Below, piece by piece: positions 48,533 through 58,750 of a stretch of 64,000 bases of DNA. The notes beneath the pieces were generated by a model. The model had not been told where the DNA came from. It was given only the letters and a program-made list of their open reading frames with translations, and did no database searches. How positions within the stretch are numbered: the first letter of the stretch is position 1; each line of letters opens with the position of its first letter. Both the position numbers and the translations under genes were made by a program. Source of the DNA: Actinomycetota bacterium (GTDB lineage: Bacteria > Actinomycetota > Acidimicrobiia > Spongiisociales > UBA11373); contig JAHJML010000138.1 of the NCBI GenBank assembly GCA_018821365.1, positions 1,744 through 65,743 on the forward strand, given 5' to 3'.

Positions 48533-51322
48533 GTGGCACACGACTACCGATCGTATTCATTCGTTCGCCGGGGGGCCGCCATCGCGGCGGTGGCCCTGGT
48601 GCTGGCGCTCCTCCCACCGGCCTCCTCCGCCGGCGCCGACGTCGTCTTCACCTTCGAGGGCGGCGGCTTCGGCCACTCGGTTGGGATGAGCCAATACGGC
48701 GCCTACGGCATGGCCCGGGACGGCTACACCTGGCAGGAGATCGTCACCCACTACTTCACCGGCACCACCGTCGCCGCTGCCGATCCGATCTTCACCGAGG
48801 CTCCCCTGTGGGTTGGGATCACCCAGGAGAAGAGCAGAGTGGACTTCGTGGTGAAGGCGATCGGCCCCAACGCCGTCCCCGCGGTGATCACCAGGAACGC
48901 CAAGACGCTGACGGCACAACCGGGCGAGACGATCACGATCGAGCAAATAGGATCCGACACCTGCCGGATCACGACGCCGCAAGGGCACCTCACCGGCAGT
49001 TGCGCCCTGGACATCGAGTGGGACGGGTGGGCGGCCTCCCCCGCCTCTGCACTGCAACTGCAGGGCTGCACCCTCCCCGACTGGAACGCTCCCGGCGGCA
49101 CGGTCTTCAAGCCCTGCACGTACGCCAGGGGAACGATGCACATCCGCCCCGACAACAACACCCAGACCGTCGATGTCGCCCTCGAGATCGACATCGAGGA
49201 CTATGTGCTCGGCATCTCCGAGAGCCCCTATGGGTGGGGGTCCTACGGGGGCATGGCGGCCCTCGAGGCACAGGCCGTGGCGGCACGCTCGTATGCGATC
49301 CACCGGGCCACCAATCGCGGCGACCCCGCATCACGGCCGTGGTGCTGGTGCCAGATCTACGACACGCCGGTCGACCAGAACTACGTCGGCTGGGGGCACG
49401 GGACCCAGAACTGGATCGATGCGGTGCGCAACACCGAAGACATGGTCCTCACCCACCCCTCCGACACCTACCAGGGCAAGCTGCTCCCCATCGAGGCCTT
49501 CTACGCCTCCAGCACCTTCGGGTGGACCGAGGACTCCGAGCACGGCTTCACCGCCTACGTCCCCTACCTCCGCAGCGTCGAGGACCACTGGGCACTCGAC
49601 CCCGCCGTCGGCAATCACTCGGCCCGATGGACCCGCGAGTTCAGCGGATCGTCCTTGGCCGCCCGCCTCCCCGGCATGTCGACGGTCACCGGCCTCCAGG
49701 TCACCGCCTGCTCCGACAGCGGGGCGGCCCTCGAGATCACCTTCACCGGTTCGGGGGGGCCCCGCACCTTCACCACCCGAGAACTGCGCGGCCACCTGGG
49801 ACTCCGCTCCATGCAGATCATCCGGGCCGGATCCCCACTGCCGGCCAAACCGGCCTGCCCGCAGCCCGGCGTCACCCCCCCACCCACCCCGGGCGGACCG
49901 GTCGTGCTGGCAGGGATGACCCTCGACGACGACAACGGCGGCGATAGCGTCGGCAACGGAGACGGCAAGGCCCAATGCGGCGAGGTCGTCGAGGTCTTCA
50001 CCACGATCACCAATGAGGGCGAGGGCCTCACCGGCGTCGCCGCCACCCTCTCCTCCGCCGACCCCTACGTCAGCGTCAGGTGGAACACCACCTCCACCTA
50101 TCCGAACCTGTCCGCAGGGGCCTCGGCCGCCAACGACGGTGATTGGGACCTCGCCATCGCGGCCAACGCGCCCACCGCGCACCAGGCCTCGCTGTCGATG
50201 CGGGTGACCGCCGACAACGGCGGGCCGTGGGACCTCGACGTCGCCCTCCCGGTGACCTGCCGCACCCTCGATGCGGTCGCCTCGATCGGAATCGAGGATC
50301 TCGATGGCAACGGCTCCCCCGACATCGTCACCGCCGTCGAGGCAGGGTCGGGTCGCCCGATTCTCAAGGCCCGTGATGCCGAGACCGGGGCCATCACCGG
50401 CAGGGTGGGGCTGGGGCGTCCCGGATGGGACGTCGTCGAACTCACCCCGGTGCCGGGCTCTCCCAGTCGGATCGCAGCGCTCGTCACCGCCGCCAACGGC
50501 ACCACCCGGGTGGTGGTGGCGGATCTCGCCACCGGCAAGCGGGTTGCCAGCGTCCGGTTCGGTCCCAAGGGCGATCCGGTGGCAGTGGCGGTCGTGCCGA
50601 GACTGAAGAAGACCGCCGCCGGCCTGGCCGTGCTCCTCGATTTCGGTGAGGGGCGGTCGAGGATCGCCGCTCGCACCTTGGACGGGGCGCTCGTGACCAA
50701 CCGAGGCATCGTCCTCGACCCGATCGACCTGGAGCGCCTCGACGACCTCGGCGCCACCGGAGCCGCCGAGGTGGCCGTGCTCGGCACCAACGGCGCCGGA
50801 CTCGCCACCACGATCACCCTCGACCTCAGGGACGGCACCAGGTTCTCCACCACGTCCCTCTCCGCCGCCCCGGCCGTCGACCTGGAGGCCCTCCGGGGAC
50901 CCGGCAGCGACACCATCAACACGCTGGCCGTGCTGCAGCAACTCGACGGCGAGGCGCTCGTCACCCTGATCGACCCGGTGACCGGCGAGGTGCTGCGCAA
51001 GGTGAAGGTCCCCGTCGCCGGCGCCGTCGACCTCGAGATCACACCTCCGCTCGACGGCGGCCAGGGCGAGGCCGTCGCGGTATTCGGCCTGTCACCCGAC
51101 GGCGTGGCAACCGCCATCGTCGCCGACCCGAGCCGGGCCCGGCTGATTTCGGGTCCCGTGTTCGCTCCGGGCACCACCCCGATCGACCTGGCCGTCCTCG
51201 TCGGCTACGGGCCGTCGGGCGTGACCCTGGCGGCGCTTGGATCGACATCGGCATCCACGTCCTCGATCGTCTTGCGTGATGCCATCTCCGGCGTTGCTCT
51301 GGGAACACTCCGGGTTCCCTAG
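48533..51322 (+). CDS. secreted SpoIID/LytB-domain protein with large C-terminal CARDB-like and FG-GAP-like repeat region
   Basis: Signal peptide (AIAAVALVLALLPPASSAGA). The SpoIID/LytB signature is FGHSVGMSQYGAYGMA. After a Pro-rich linker, a CARDB-like module follows (GDGKAQCGEVVEVFTTITNEGEG). FG-GAP-like calcium-binding repeats (IEDLDGNGSPDIVTA) and multiple beta-strand repeats complete the protein. Confidence 0.8.
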   Translation: MAHDYRSYSFVRRGAAIAAVALVLALLPPASSAGADVVFTFEGGGFGHSVGMSQYGAYGMARDGYTWQEIVTHYFTGTTVAAADPIFTEAPLWVGITQEKSRVDFVVKAIGPNAVPAVITRNAKTLTAQPGETITIEQIGSDTCRITTPQGHLTGSCALDIEWDGWAASPASALQLQGCTLPDWNAPGGTVFKPCTYARGTMHIRPDNNTQTVDVALEIDIEDYVLGISESPYGWGSYGGMAALEAQAVAARSYAIHRATNRGDPASRPWCWCQIYDTPVDQNYVGWGHGTQNWIDAVRNTEDMVLTHPSDTYQGKLLPIEAFYASSTFGWTEDSEHGFTAYVPYLRSVEDHWALDPAVGNHSARWTREFSGSSLAARLPGMSTVTGLQVTACSDSGAALEITFTGSGGPRTFTTRELRGHLGLRSMQIIRAGSPLPAKPACPQPGVTPPPTPGGPVVLAGMTLDDDNGGDSVGNGDGKAQCGEVVEVFTTITNEGEGLTGVAATLSSADPYVSVRWNTTSTYPNLSAGASAANDGDWDLAIAANAPTAHQASLSMRVTADNGGPWDLDVALPVTCRTLDAVASIGIEDLDGNGSPDIVTAVEAGSGRPILKARDAETGAITGRVGLGRPGWDVVELTPVPGSPSRIAALVTAANGTTRVVVADLATGKRVASVRFGPKGDPVAVAVVPRLKKTAAGLAVLLDFGEGRSRIAARTLDGALVTNRGIVLDPIDLERLDDLGATGAAEVAVLGTNGAGLATTITLDLRDGTRFSTTSLSAAPAVDLEALRGPGSDTINTLAVLQQLDGEALVTLIDPVTGEVLRKVKVPVAGAVDLEITPPLDGGQGEAVAVFGLSPDGVATAIVADPSRARLISGPVFAPGTTPIDLAVLVGYGPSGVTLAALGSTSASTSSIVLRDAISGVALGTLRVP

Positions 51323-51381
51323 GACGCATTGGTGCGGCTCCGGCCGGGTCGCTCCTGCTCCTGAGCCGACGGGTTACCATC

Positions 51382-52644
51382 TTGGCGCCCCAGGCAGCGT
51401 CTTCCATGACTCAGGACCCATTGCTCCACCCCGTCACAGCACCACCCGGCCGTTCCCGGTCCGGGACGACCTACATGGTGGTAGGAACGCTGATCGCGGC
51501 GGTGGCCGCCTACCTGTTCCAGTTGATCGCCGGCCGGGTGCTGGGACCCACCGACCTCCAGCCGATCGTCGTGCTGTGGACCGTCCAGTTCCTCGTGTTC
51601 ACGATCGTGTTCATGCCGATGGAGCAACTGACGATCAGGCGCCTCAACTCGGCGGTCGCCAGGGCGGCACCGTGGCGGCTCTTCCTCCTGCTGATCACCG
51701 CCTCGACGGCCGGGGCCGTCGGATACGGGATGCTCACCCTGGATCGCCAATTCGACGGCGACCTCTGGTACCTGGTGGTGCTGGCGGCCTTGATCATCGC
51801 CTACGGGGGTTTCGCCCTCGGGAGGGGCTACCTCGCCGGCCGGCTTCGCTACCGCGAGTACGGGTTGTCGACGTTCGCCGAATCGATGCTGAGGTTGGTC
51901 CTGGCCATCGCGCTGCTGACGGCGGGGATGGGATCGCTCGGGCTGTCGTGGACCCTGGTCGCAGGAGCGCTGGTGATCTGGTTCTGGCTCCCCTTGCGTG
52001 GAGAGAGGATCCGGGAAGCCGGCGTCGATCGCGAAGCCGGGAGCGCCAAGACCCTGGCCACCTTCATCGCATCCAACGCCTCCGCCCAGACGCTGGTGGC
52101 GGCCGGCCCACTGGTGGTGAGTGCGCTTGGTGGGAGCCACGCAGCCCAGAGCGTCTTCTTCGAGACCTTCCTGCTGTTCAGGGCGCCGCTCACCATCTCC
52201 TACAGCCTGATCGCTCGGGTGCTCCCGCCGTTCACCGCCATGGTCGAGCGAGGCCAGATCCGCATCCTGCATCGCTGGGCGATCCGCATCGCCGCGGCGG
52301 GCACGGTCCTGGCAACCGCCGCCTACGGGCTGGGCAGGCTGGCCGGAGCCGGCCTGGTCGAGGTGCTGCTCGGGGCCGACTTCCGGCCGACTCCCGAACT
52401 GGCGGCCCTGGCTGCCGCCGGGACGACGTTGGCGACGGTGGCGCTGTTCGAACAGCAACTGCTCATAGCGATGCGCTCGACTCGCAGCATGGCCGTGGCC
52501 TGGCTGGTGGCGCTCGGCGTTGCCGCCCTGGTGATCCTGCCCAACGGAGCAGAGGCTCCCCTCCGGGTCGGTCGGGCCTTCCTGGCGGGAGAGGTCACGG
52601 CCCTCTTCGGGCTGACGATGGCCGTGGTGCGCCGCAGGTCGTAG
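51382..52644 (+). CDS. polysaccharide biosynthesis protein / flippase (MOP superfamily, Wzx-like)
   Basis: 420 aa with 12-14 predicted TM helices and the typical Wzx/MurJ-like hydropathy. Confidence 0.7.
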   Translation: MAPQAASSMTQDPLLHPVTAPPGRSRSGTTYMVVGTLIAAVAAYLFQLIAGRVLGPTDLQPIVVLWTVQFLVFTIVFMPMEQLTIRRLNSAVARAAPWRLFLLLITASTAGAVGYGMLTLDRQFDGDLWYLVVLAALIIAYGGFALGRGYLAGRLRYREYGLSTFAESMLRLVLAIALLTAGMGSLGLSWTLVAGALVIWFWLPLRGERIREAGVDREAGSAKTLATFIASNASAQTLVAAGPLVVSALGGSHAAQSVFFETFLLFRAPLTISYSLIARVLPPFTAMVERGQIRILHRWAIRIAAAGTVLATAAYGLGRLAGAGLVEVLLGADFRPTPELAALAAAGTTLATVALFEQQLLIAMRSTRSMAVAWLVALGVAALVILPNGAEAPLRVGRAFLAGEVTALFGLTMAVVRRRS

Positions 52645-52647
52645 GGA

Positions 52648-53925
52648 TCAGCGGGCGCCGAACCCCGAGAGAATCGTCCAGATGCTGCGACCCAGCACTT
52701 CGAGGTCGAGCCACACGCCGACGTGCTTGACGTAGTAGAGGTCGTAGGAGAGCTTCTCGATGGTGTCGGCGTGACCGTCGGCATACCCGAAGTTGACCTG
52801 AGCCCACCCGGTCAACCCCGGCCGCACCAGGTGGCGGTGGGTGTAGAAGGGAATGGTCTCGGAGAACCGATCGACGAACGGGCCCTGCTCGGGTCGAGGG
52901 CCCACCAGGCTCAGGTCGCCGCGCAGCACGTTCCACAACTGAGGCAGTTCGTCGACCCTGAGGCGACGGAGCAGACGACCCACCCTGGTCAGCCGATCGT
53001 CGCCGCGGGCGGCGAATCGGGCCTCGCGCTCACCCTCGTTGTTCGAGTACATGGTGCGGAACTTGTAGAGCGTGAACGGGCGGCCCTCGAGGCCGATCCG
53101 GCGCTGCTTGAAGATCACCGGACCGCGCGAGTCCACGCGGATGGCTGCGGCGATGATGGCCCCCAACACGAGGGCCACGGGAGCGGCGAGCAGGACCGCC
53201 AGGGTGTCGGCGATCCGCTTGGTCTTCACATACGGGCCGCGACCCCGGAGGGGCACGGTCAACTCCCATCCTTCGTGCAGATGGACGATGGCGAGGCGCC
53301 CGGTGTGCTCTTCGTAGGTCGTCACCAGCGACCGCATCGGGTAGCCGGCGAGGCTGCTCGACGAGACGAAGCGTGCCATCTCGTCGGAGAGCACGGCCCG
53401 GAGATCCACCGCCAGCGTGACACCGAGCGGCAGCGGCTGGTCGGGCACCGGACCGGCCGGGTCGAGGACCTGGGTCACGTTGGCGTGGGGAGCGTCCAGC
53501 AGGTGGTCGATCAGTTCCTTCTCGGCGGTCACGATGACCAGGTTCTCCGACCAGGGGCGCCGCCTCCTGATCGCCCGGTGGGTCAAGGCCAGCGCCAGCC
53601 AGGACGCCGAGGTCCAGGCCAGGTAGCCGCGGGAGAAGTAGGACCGGCTGAAGACCAGCGTGAGCGACGAGATGGTCATCGCCACGCCGAACATGGAGAA
53701 CGCCCGGCCGTAGGAGGGCCGCGGCACCTCCTGGCCCGCCGACCGCTGAGAGATGTAGATGCCGACGACGGCACCGAAGAGGAGCGACCCGACCAGGGCG
53801 GTGGGATCGGTCCGGAAGTGCCAGGGCCACGGGGTCTCGAACACGATGATCGAGGCGATCCCGAGCGCGATGACCAGAGACCCGAGATCGAGCGCAGCGG
53901 AGAGCGCCACCTGACGACGTGCCAT
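52648..53925 (-). CDS. exopolysaccharide priming polyprenyl-phosphate glycosylphosphotransferase (WbaP/sugar transferase family)
   Basis: 425 aa with N-terminal TM helices and a C-terminal bacterial sugar transferase domain (IFKQRRIGLEGRPFTLYKFRTM ... DELPQLWNVLRGDLSLVGPRP). Confidence 0.85.
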   Translation of the reverse strand: MARRQVALSAALDLGSLVIALGIASIIVFETPWPWHFRTDPTALVGSLLFGAVVGIYISQRSAGQEVPRPSYGRAFSMFGVAMTISSLTLVFSRSYFSRGYLAWTSASWLALALTHRAIRRRRPWSENLVIVTAEKELIDHLLDAPHANVTQVLDPAGPVPDQPLPLGVTLAVDLRAVLSDEMARFVSSSSLAGYPMRSLVTTYEEHTGRLAIVHLHEGWELTVPLRGRGPYVKTKRIADTLAVLLAAPVALVLGAIIAAAIRVDSRGPVIFKQRRIGLEGRPFTLYKFRTMYSNNEGEREARFAARGDDRLTRVGRLLRRLRVDELPQLWNVLRGDLSLVGPRPEQGPFVDRFSETIPFYTHRHLVRPGLTGWAQVNFGYADGHADTIEKLSYDLYYVKHVGVWLDLEVLGRSIWTILSGFGAR

Positions 53926-53971
53926 GAACCTGGAGGCTACTAGCTGTGCCGCTCAGTGATCACGGCAGGGC

Positions 53972-55420
53972 TCAGGCCTCGCCCAGGGAGGCCGCCAACG
54001 CCACCATCGTCCGCACCCCGAACCCGGTGCCGCCCTTGAGGAGGTAGTGCTCGGTCTCCGACGCCCTCGCCGGCCCTGCGATGTCGAGGTGCGCCCATGG
54101 GACGTCGCCGACGAACTCCTTCAGCAGCAGAGCCGCATTGATGGCGCCGCCGTAGCGGGGCCCGGTGTTCTTCATGTCGGCGACGTCGGAGTCGATCTTC
54201 TTGCGGTAGTCGGCCGGGAGCGGGAGAGGCCACACTCGTTCTCCGGCCGCTTCGGCAGCCGCCTGGACTTGATCGGCGCCATCGACCGTTCCGAAGAGGC
54301 CGGCGATCTTGTCGCCGAGGGCCACCTTGCAGGCACCGGTGAGGGTGGCCATGTCGACCACAAGGTCGGGTTGGTACTCCACCGCCAGCGACAGTCCATC
54401 GGCCAGCACCAGACGCCCTTCGGCATCGGTGTTGAGCACCTCGATGGTCTTGCCGTTGCGAGCCTCGAGGACGTCACCGGGCCGCGTGGCGGCCCCGCCC
54501 GGCATGTTCTCGGTGAGCGGGGTGATCCCGAGCACCCTGACGGGGAGCTTCAGTTCGGCAATCGCCTGCATCGCCCCGAAGACGGCAGCCGCCCCGGCCA
54601 TGTCGGTCTTCATCGTCTCCATGCCATCGGCGGGCTTGAGGGAGAGGCCCCCCGAGTCGAACACGATCCCCTTGCCCACGATGGCCAGGAAGGCCTCGGC
54701 GCCCTCCGGTTCGTGCCACAACTCCACGAGACGGGGCGGGGTGGCGGCACCGAGCGACACGCCCCACAGGCCGCCCAGGCCCCCGTCCCGGATCTCGTCC
54801 TCCTCCCACACCTTGATCCGCAGCCCCACCCGATCCGCCATCTGGCCGGCGATCCGGGCCATCTCGGCCGGGGCCTTGTTGACGGCCGACTCGTTGACCA
54901 GATCGCGGGCCATGGCGACCGCCGAGGCGGCAATCCTGCCGCGGTGGGCCGCTGCGGTGGCGGCGTCGTCGGCACCGATCAGGGTCAGCGACTCCGTCCT
55001 TGCCGGCTTGGGGTCGCTCAGATGGCGATCGAAGCGGTATTGGCCCAGAAGGAATCCCTCGACGGCGGCCTGGGCGGCCCCGGGGGTCGGAACCAGGTGC
55101 AGGGAGGTCGCAGCCGTGACTGCCCGTCTGACCGCCCGCCCGGAGCTCCCGGCCGCCTGCCGCACCATCTCGGCGTCCGGAGCGTCGCCGAGGCCGGCGA
55201 AGACGATGGTCCGATAGGGTGTCTCCCCACCCGGCACCACGGCGATCTGGCCCGGTTTGCCCCCGAAGTCGGCGTCGTCGAGGTAGGCATCCAGCCAATC
55301 CCCCAGTTGCTCAGCCACCCACACCCCGATGGTGTCGTAGGACCTGTCCGGTCCCGATCCCACGATGAGGGCGTCGGCCGCCGAATCGGAGGCGGACCCT
55401 CCTGCGACGATGTCGATCAT
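53972..55420 (-). CDS. pepA: leucyl aminopeptidase (M17 family)
   Basis: 482 aa with the M17 signature NTDAEGRLVLAD and metal ligands (KGIVFDSGG, DMAGAAAV). Confidence 0.9.
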   Translation of the reverse strand: MIDIVAGGSASDSAADALIVGSGPDRSYDTIGVWVAEQLGDWLDAYLDDADFGGKPGQIAVVPGGETPYRTIVFAGLGDAPDAEMVRQAAGSSGRAVRRAVTAATSLHLVPTPGAAQAAVEGFLLGQYRFDRHLSDPKPARTESLTLIGADDAATAAAHRGRIAASAVAMARDLVNESAVNKAPAEMARIAGQMADRVGLRIKVWEEDEIRDGGLGGLWGVSLGAATPPRLVELWHEPEGAEAFLAIVGKGIVFDSGGLSLKPADGMETMKTDMAGAAAVFGAMQAIAELKLPVRVLGITPLTENMPGGAATRPGDVLEARNGKTIEVLNTDAEGRLVLADGLSLAVEYQPDLVVDMATLTGACKVALGDKIAGLFGTVDGADQVQAAAEAAGERVWPLPLPADYRKKIDSDVADMKNTGPRYGGAINAALLLKEFVGDVPWAHLDIAGPARASETEHYLLKGGTGFGVRTMVALAASLGEA

Positions 55421-55424
55421 CGGC

Positions 55425-55967
55425 TCACTCCTCTCGGCTGGGCGTCCAGGTGCTCTCGGCGGCCCTGGCCAGCATGTACACGTAGTCGGCGAGACGGTTC
55501 AGGTAGGGGACGGTTTGGCTGTCGGCGATGCCGGCCGCCCGGTTGTGCGTGATGGCCCGCCGCTCGGCACGGCGGATCACCGCCCGCGCCTGGTCCAGGG
55601 CGGCAGACAGGGGATGGTCGCCGGGCACGATGAACACGGTCGGCATCCCCACCGCATCGGCGACCTCGTCGATCGCCGGCTCCAATCCCTCGACCATCGC
55701 CGCGGTGACCCGGCTGACCTCGTCGACCAGCTTGGACCGGTTCTCGGCACCGGTGGCCAACTCGGCCCCCACCACGAACAGTTGACGCTGCAGCTTCAAC
55801 AGAGAGGCGGCGAGGGGGCCATCGGCGATCGACCTGGCGACCCCGAGGGCAGAGACCGCCTCGTCTACGGCTCCGTTGGCCTCAGGGCCGGTGTCGTCTT
55901 TGGCAACCCTTCCTCCAAAGAGCCTGCCGGTCGAGCCGTCGTCTCCGCTGCGGGTGTAGATCTTCAT
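55425..55967 (-). CDS. ATP:cob(I)alamin adenosyltransferase, PduO-type
   Basis: 180 aa starting MKIYTRSGDDGSTG (PduO/MMAB N-terminal consensus), with a helical bundle. Confidence 0.85.
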   Translation of the reverse strand: MKIYTRSGDDGSTGRLFGGRVAKDDTGPEANGAVDEAVSALGVARSIADGPLAASLLKLQRQLFVVGAELATGAENRSKLVDEVSRVTAAMVEGLEPAIDEVADAVGMPTVFIVPGDHPLSAALDQARAVIRRAERRAITHNRAAGIADSQTVPYLNRLADYVYMLARAAESTWTPSREE

Positions 55968-55991
55968 GAGACCCTGGGATTGTACGGGTCC

Positions 55992-56699
55992 TCAACCGAG
56001 CACCGACCCGCCCGCCAGCAGACGGCCCAACACGGTGGCCCCGATGGCGGTCAACACCGCCAGATACGAGAGCCCGGTGGCCGACATCACGGCGGGGTAG
56101 CCTCGCTCGCCCAGCGAGGACCACACCGCCCCGATCAGCAGGAGGGTGGTGGCCGCCAGCGCCAGGTACCCAAGTCCGATCGCCAGGTCGGCCCCATCCC
56201 AGGGGACCGCCCCCCGCAGGAGCAGCGCCACCGGGTCGGCGACGGCGCCGGCCCCGGCGATCAGGTCGAGTCGACGCAGCGCCCGCCTGGGGAGCCGGGG
56301 ATCGATGAGGAACCAATGGCCGAGCATCATTTCGGCGGTGATGCCGCCGAGCAGGATCGCCCCGGTGACCGATGTGACCACCCCGCCATCGGATACCGCC
56401 GCCACCGTCAGGGCAACTGCTCCGGCAGCGAGCAGGGGGACGACCGCCCTGGTGGCGGCGAGGAGCGTGCCGATCCCGACCAGGACACATCCCGCCACCG
56501 CCCACCGGCCGCCCCCCGCCAGGACGGCCGGGATCCCCAACAGCAGCGTCACCGTCCCGGCGAGCCACACGAATCCGGGCCCCACCACCCGCCACCATGC
56601 AACCACGGCAGATGCGGCCGCCAATCCCGCGGACCACATGGCGAGCACGGAGGATGGGGTGATGTCCAGGGGCGGTCTCCAGCCGGGGGCGGCGATCAT
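55992..56699 (-). CDS. hypothetical integral membrane protein
   Basis: 235 aa with about 7 hydrophobic helices. It lies upstream of the PduO gene. Ala/Gly/Leu-rich, so the coding call itself is uncertain. Confidence 0.4.
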   Translation of the reverse strand: MIAAPGWRPPLDITPSSVLAMWSAGLAAASAVVAWWRVVGPGFVWLAGTVTLLLGIPAVLAGGGRWAVAGCVLVGIGTLLAATRAVVPLLAAGAVALTVAAVSDGGVVTSVTGAILLGGITAEMMLGHWFLIDPRLPRRALRRLDLIAGAGAVADPVALLLRGAVPWDGADLAIGLGYLALAATTLLLIGAVWSSLGERGYPAVMSATGLSYLAVLTAIGATVLGRLLAGGSVLG

Positions 56700-56812
56700 A
56701 CCGGTGCTCCGATTCCGGGTCCTGCCGCCAGAGGATTACAATCCAACCGTTCCGTGACCGCCGGGTGGCAGCGTCGCGGCCTCCTCACCGATATTTCCAG
56801 GAAGGATGCACC

Positions 56813-58540
56813 GTGCCCAACAGCCTCATTTCCCCTCATGGAGGCAAGCTGGTCGACCTCATGGCCGACGAGGCTCGCTCCGAGGAACTCACCAGGGCCT
56901 CCCGCGATTTCCCGTCGCTCGACCTGACCCCCCGCCAACTCTGCGACCTCGAGCTGATCATGAACGGCGGCTTCTCCCCGCTCACCGGCTTCCTGGGCAA
57001 GGCGGACTACGACGGCGTCTGCAAGGAGATGCGTCTCGCCGACGGAACCCTGTGGCCCATCCCGATCATGCTGGATGTCGACGACGAGTTCGCCGCCTCC
57101 ATCACCAAGGGCAGCTGGATCGCCCTGCGCGACGCCGAGGGCGTCATGCTGGCGGTTCTCACCGTCGAAGATGTCTGGCAGGCAGATCGTGAAGCCGAGG
57201 CGAAAGCGGTATTCGGTTCCACGAACCCCGACCACCCAGGTGTCGACTTCCTCCTCAACCAGACCAAGCCCTTCTACGTCGGGGGCCGCATCGAGGGTGT
57301 CGCGGCTCCCCTCCACTACGACTTCCGCACGCTGCGGATGACCCCCGCCGAGGTGCGGGCCCGCTTCGCCAAGCGGGGGTGGCGCAAGATCGTGGCGTTC
57401 CAGACCAGGAACCCCATGCACCGCGCCCACCTCGAGTTGACCGTGCGAGCCGCCAAGGACATGGAGGCCGACCTCCTGATCCACCCGGTCGTCGGAATGA
57501 CCAAGCCCGGTGACGTGGACCACTACACCAGGGTGCGCGCCTACCAGGCGATCATGGACCGCTATCCCCGCAACACCGCCGAACTGGCCCTCCTGCCGTT
57601 GGCGATGCGGATGGCCGGCCCCCGTGAGGCGGTGTGGCACGCCATCATCCGCAAGAACCACGGGTGCACCCACCTGATCGTGGGCCGCGACCATGCCGGC
57701 CCCGGCTCCGACTCCACCGGCAAGCCGTTCTACGGGCCCTACGACGCCCAGGAGTTGCTGGCCGCCTACGAGGAGGAGATCGGCGTCGCCATGGTGCCGT
57801 TCAAGATGATGACCTACCTCCCCGACACCGACTCCTACGCGCCGATCGACGAGGTCTCTGAGGGCACCAAGACCCTCTCGATCTCCGGCACCGATTTGCG
57901 CGAGCGTCTCGCCGAAGGCAGGGAGATCCCCGGGTGGTTCACCTTCCCGGCGGTGGCAGAGGAACTGCGCAAGACGCATCCCCCCCGGTCCCGTCAGGGG
58001 TTCACCGTGTTCTTCACCGGCCTCTCCGGATCGGGGAAGTCGACGATCGCCAACGTGCTGCAGGTGCGGCTGCTCGAGATGGGCGGGCGCCCGGTGACAC
58101 TGCTCGACGGCGACCTGGTGCGCAAGAACCTGTCCTCCGAACTCGGCTTCTCCAAGGAGCACCGCGACCTCAACATCCAGCGGATCGGCTACGTGGCCTC
58201 CGAGATCACCAAGAACGGCGGCATCGCGCTGTGCGCCCCGATCGCTCCGTACGACGCGGTCCGCAAGATCGTCCGCCAGACGATCGAGCCGCACGGCGGG
58301 TTCATCCTGGTCCATGTGGACACCCCACTCGAGGTGTGCGAGCAGCGCGACCGCAAGGGCCTCTACGCCAAGGCGCGGGCCGGCATCATCAAGGAGTTCA
58401 CGGGCATCTCGGACCCCTACCAGACCCCCGAGGACGCCGAGATCGTCCTCGACACCACCCAGTTGTCGGCCGCCGAGGCCGCCCATCAGGTGGTCCTCCA
58501 CCTGGAGAGCCTGGGCTACATCGCCGCCAATCGCGACTGA
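56813..58540 (+). CDS. bifunctional sulfate adenylyltransferase (Sat-type ATP sulfurylase) / adenylylsulfate kinase (CysC) fusion
   Basis: GTG start 7 nt after an AGGAAGGA RBS. The N-terminal ~390 aa is ATP sulfurylase (QTRNPMHRAHLEL, GRDHAGPG). The C-terminal ~180 aa is an APS kinase with the P-loop GLSGSGKST. Confidence 0.9.
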   Translation: MPNSLISPHGGKLVDLMADEARSEELTRASRDFPSLDLTPRQLCDLELIMNGGFSPLTGFLGKADYDGVCKEMRLADGTLWPIPIMLDVDDEFAASITKGSWIALRDAEGVMLAVLTVEDVWQADREAEAKAVFGSTNPDHPGVDFLLNQTKPFYVGGRIEGVAAPLHYDFRTLRMTPAEVRARFAKRGWRKIVAFQTRNPMHRAHLELTVRAAKDMEADLLIHPVVGMTKPGDVDHYTRVRAYQAIMDRYPRNTAELALLPLAMRMAGPREAVWHAIIRKNHGCTHLIVGRDHAGPGSDSTGKPFYGPYDAQELLAAYEEEIGVAMVPFKMMTYLPDTDSYAPIDEVSEGTKTLSISGTDLRERLAEGREIPGWFTFPAVAEELRKTHPPRSRQGFTVFFTGLSGSGKSTIANVLQVRLLEMGGRPVTLLDGDLVRKNLSSELGFSKEHRDLNIQRIGYVASEITKNGGIALCAPIAPYDAVRKIVRQTIEPHGGFILVHVDTPLEVCEQRDRKGLYAKARAGIIKEFTGISDPYQTPEDAEIVLDTTQLSAAEAAHQVVLHLESLGYIAANRD

Positions 58541-58580
58541 ATCGGCGGCCACTCGGCCGGCGCAATCCCGAGAGATAATC

Positions 58581-58608
58581 CTGCGGCCCCCGCCACCGGG
58601 GGCCGCAG
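58581..58608 (+). terminator. GC-rich perfect hairpin (11 bp stem, 6 nt loop) 40 nt downstream of the sat-cysC stop
   Basis: ctgcggccccc-gccacc-gggggccgcag is a perfect inverted repeat with no U-tract, an I-shaped, actinobacterial-style terminator candidate. Confidence 0.4.
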
Positions 58609-58750
58609 CCGTCTCCCGGTGGCATCGGACCGCTGCGCATTCGTTAGGGTTCCCTCTGGCGGACTGCCGCGCCGCGTGCCGGCGGCCGCCGCGAAGTCGA
58701 AACGCCCTCCACGCGCCGCGCCGCGTCGAGGATGGAGAAGGAGCACCTGC

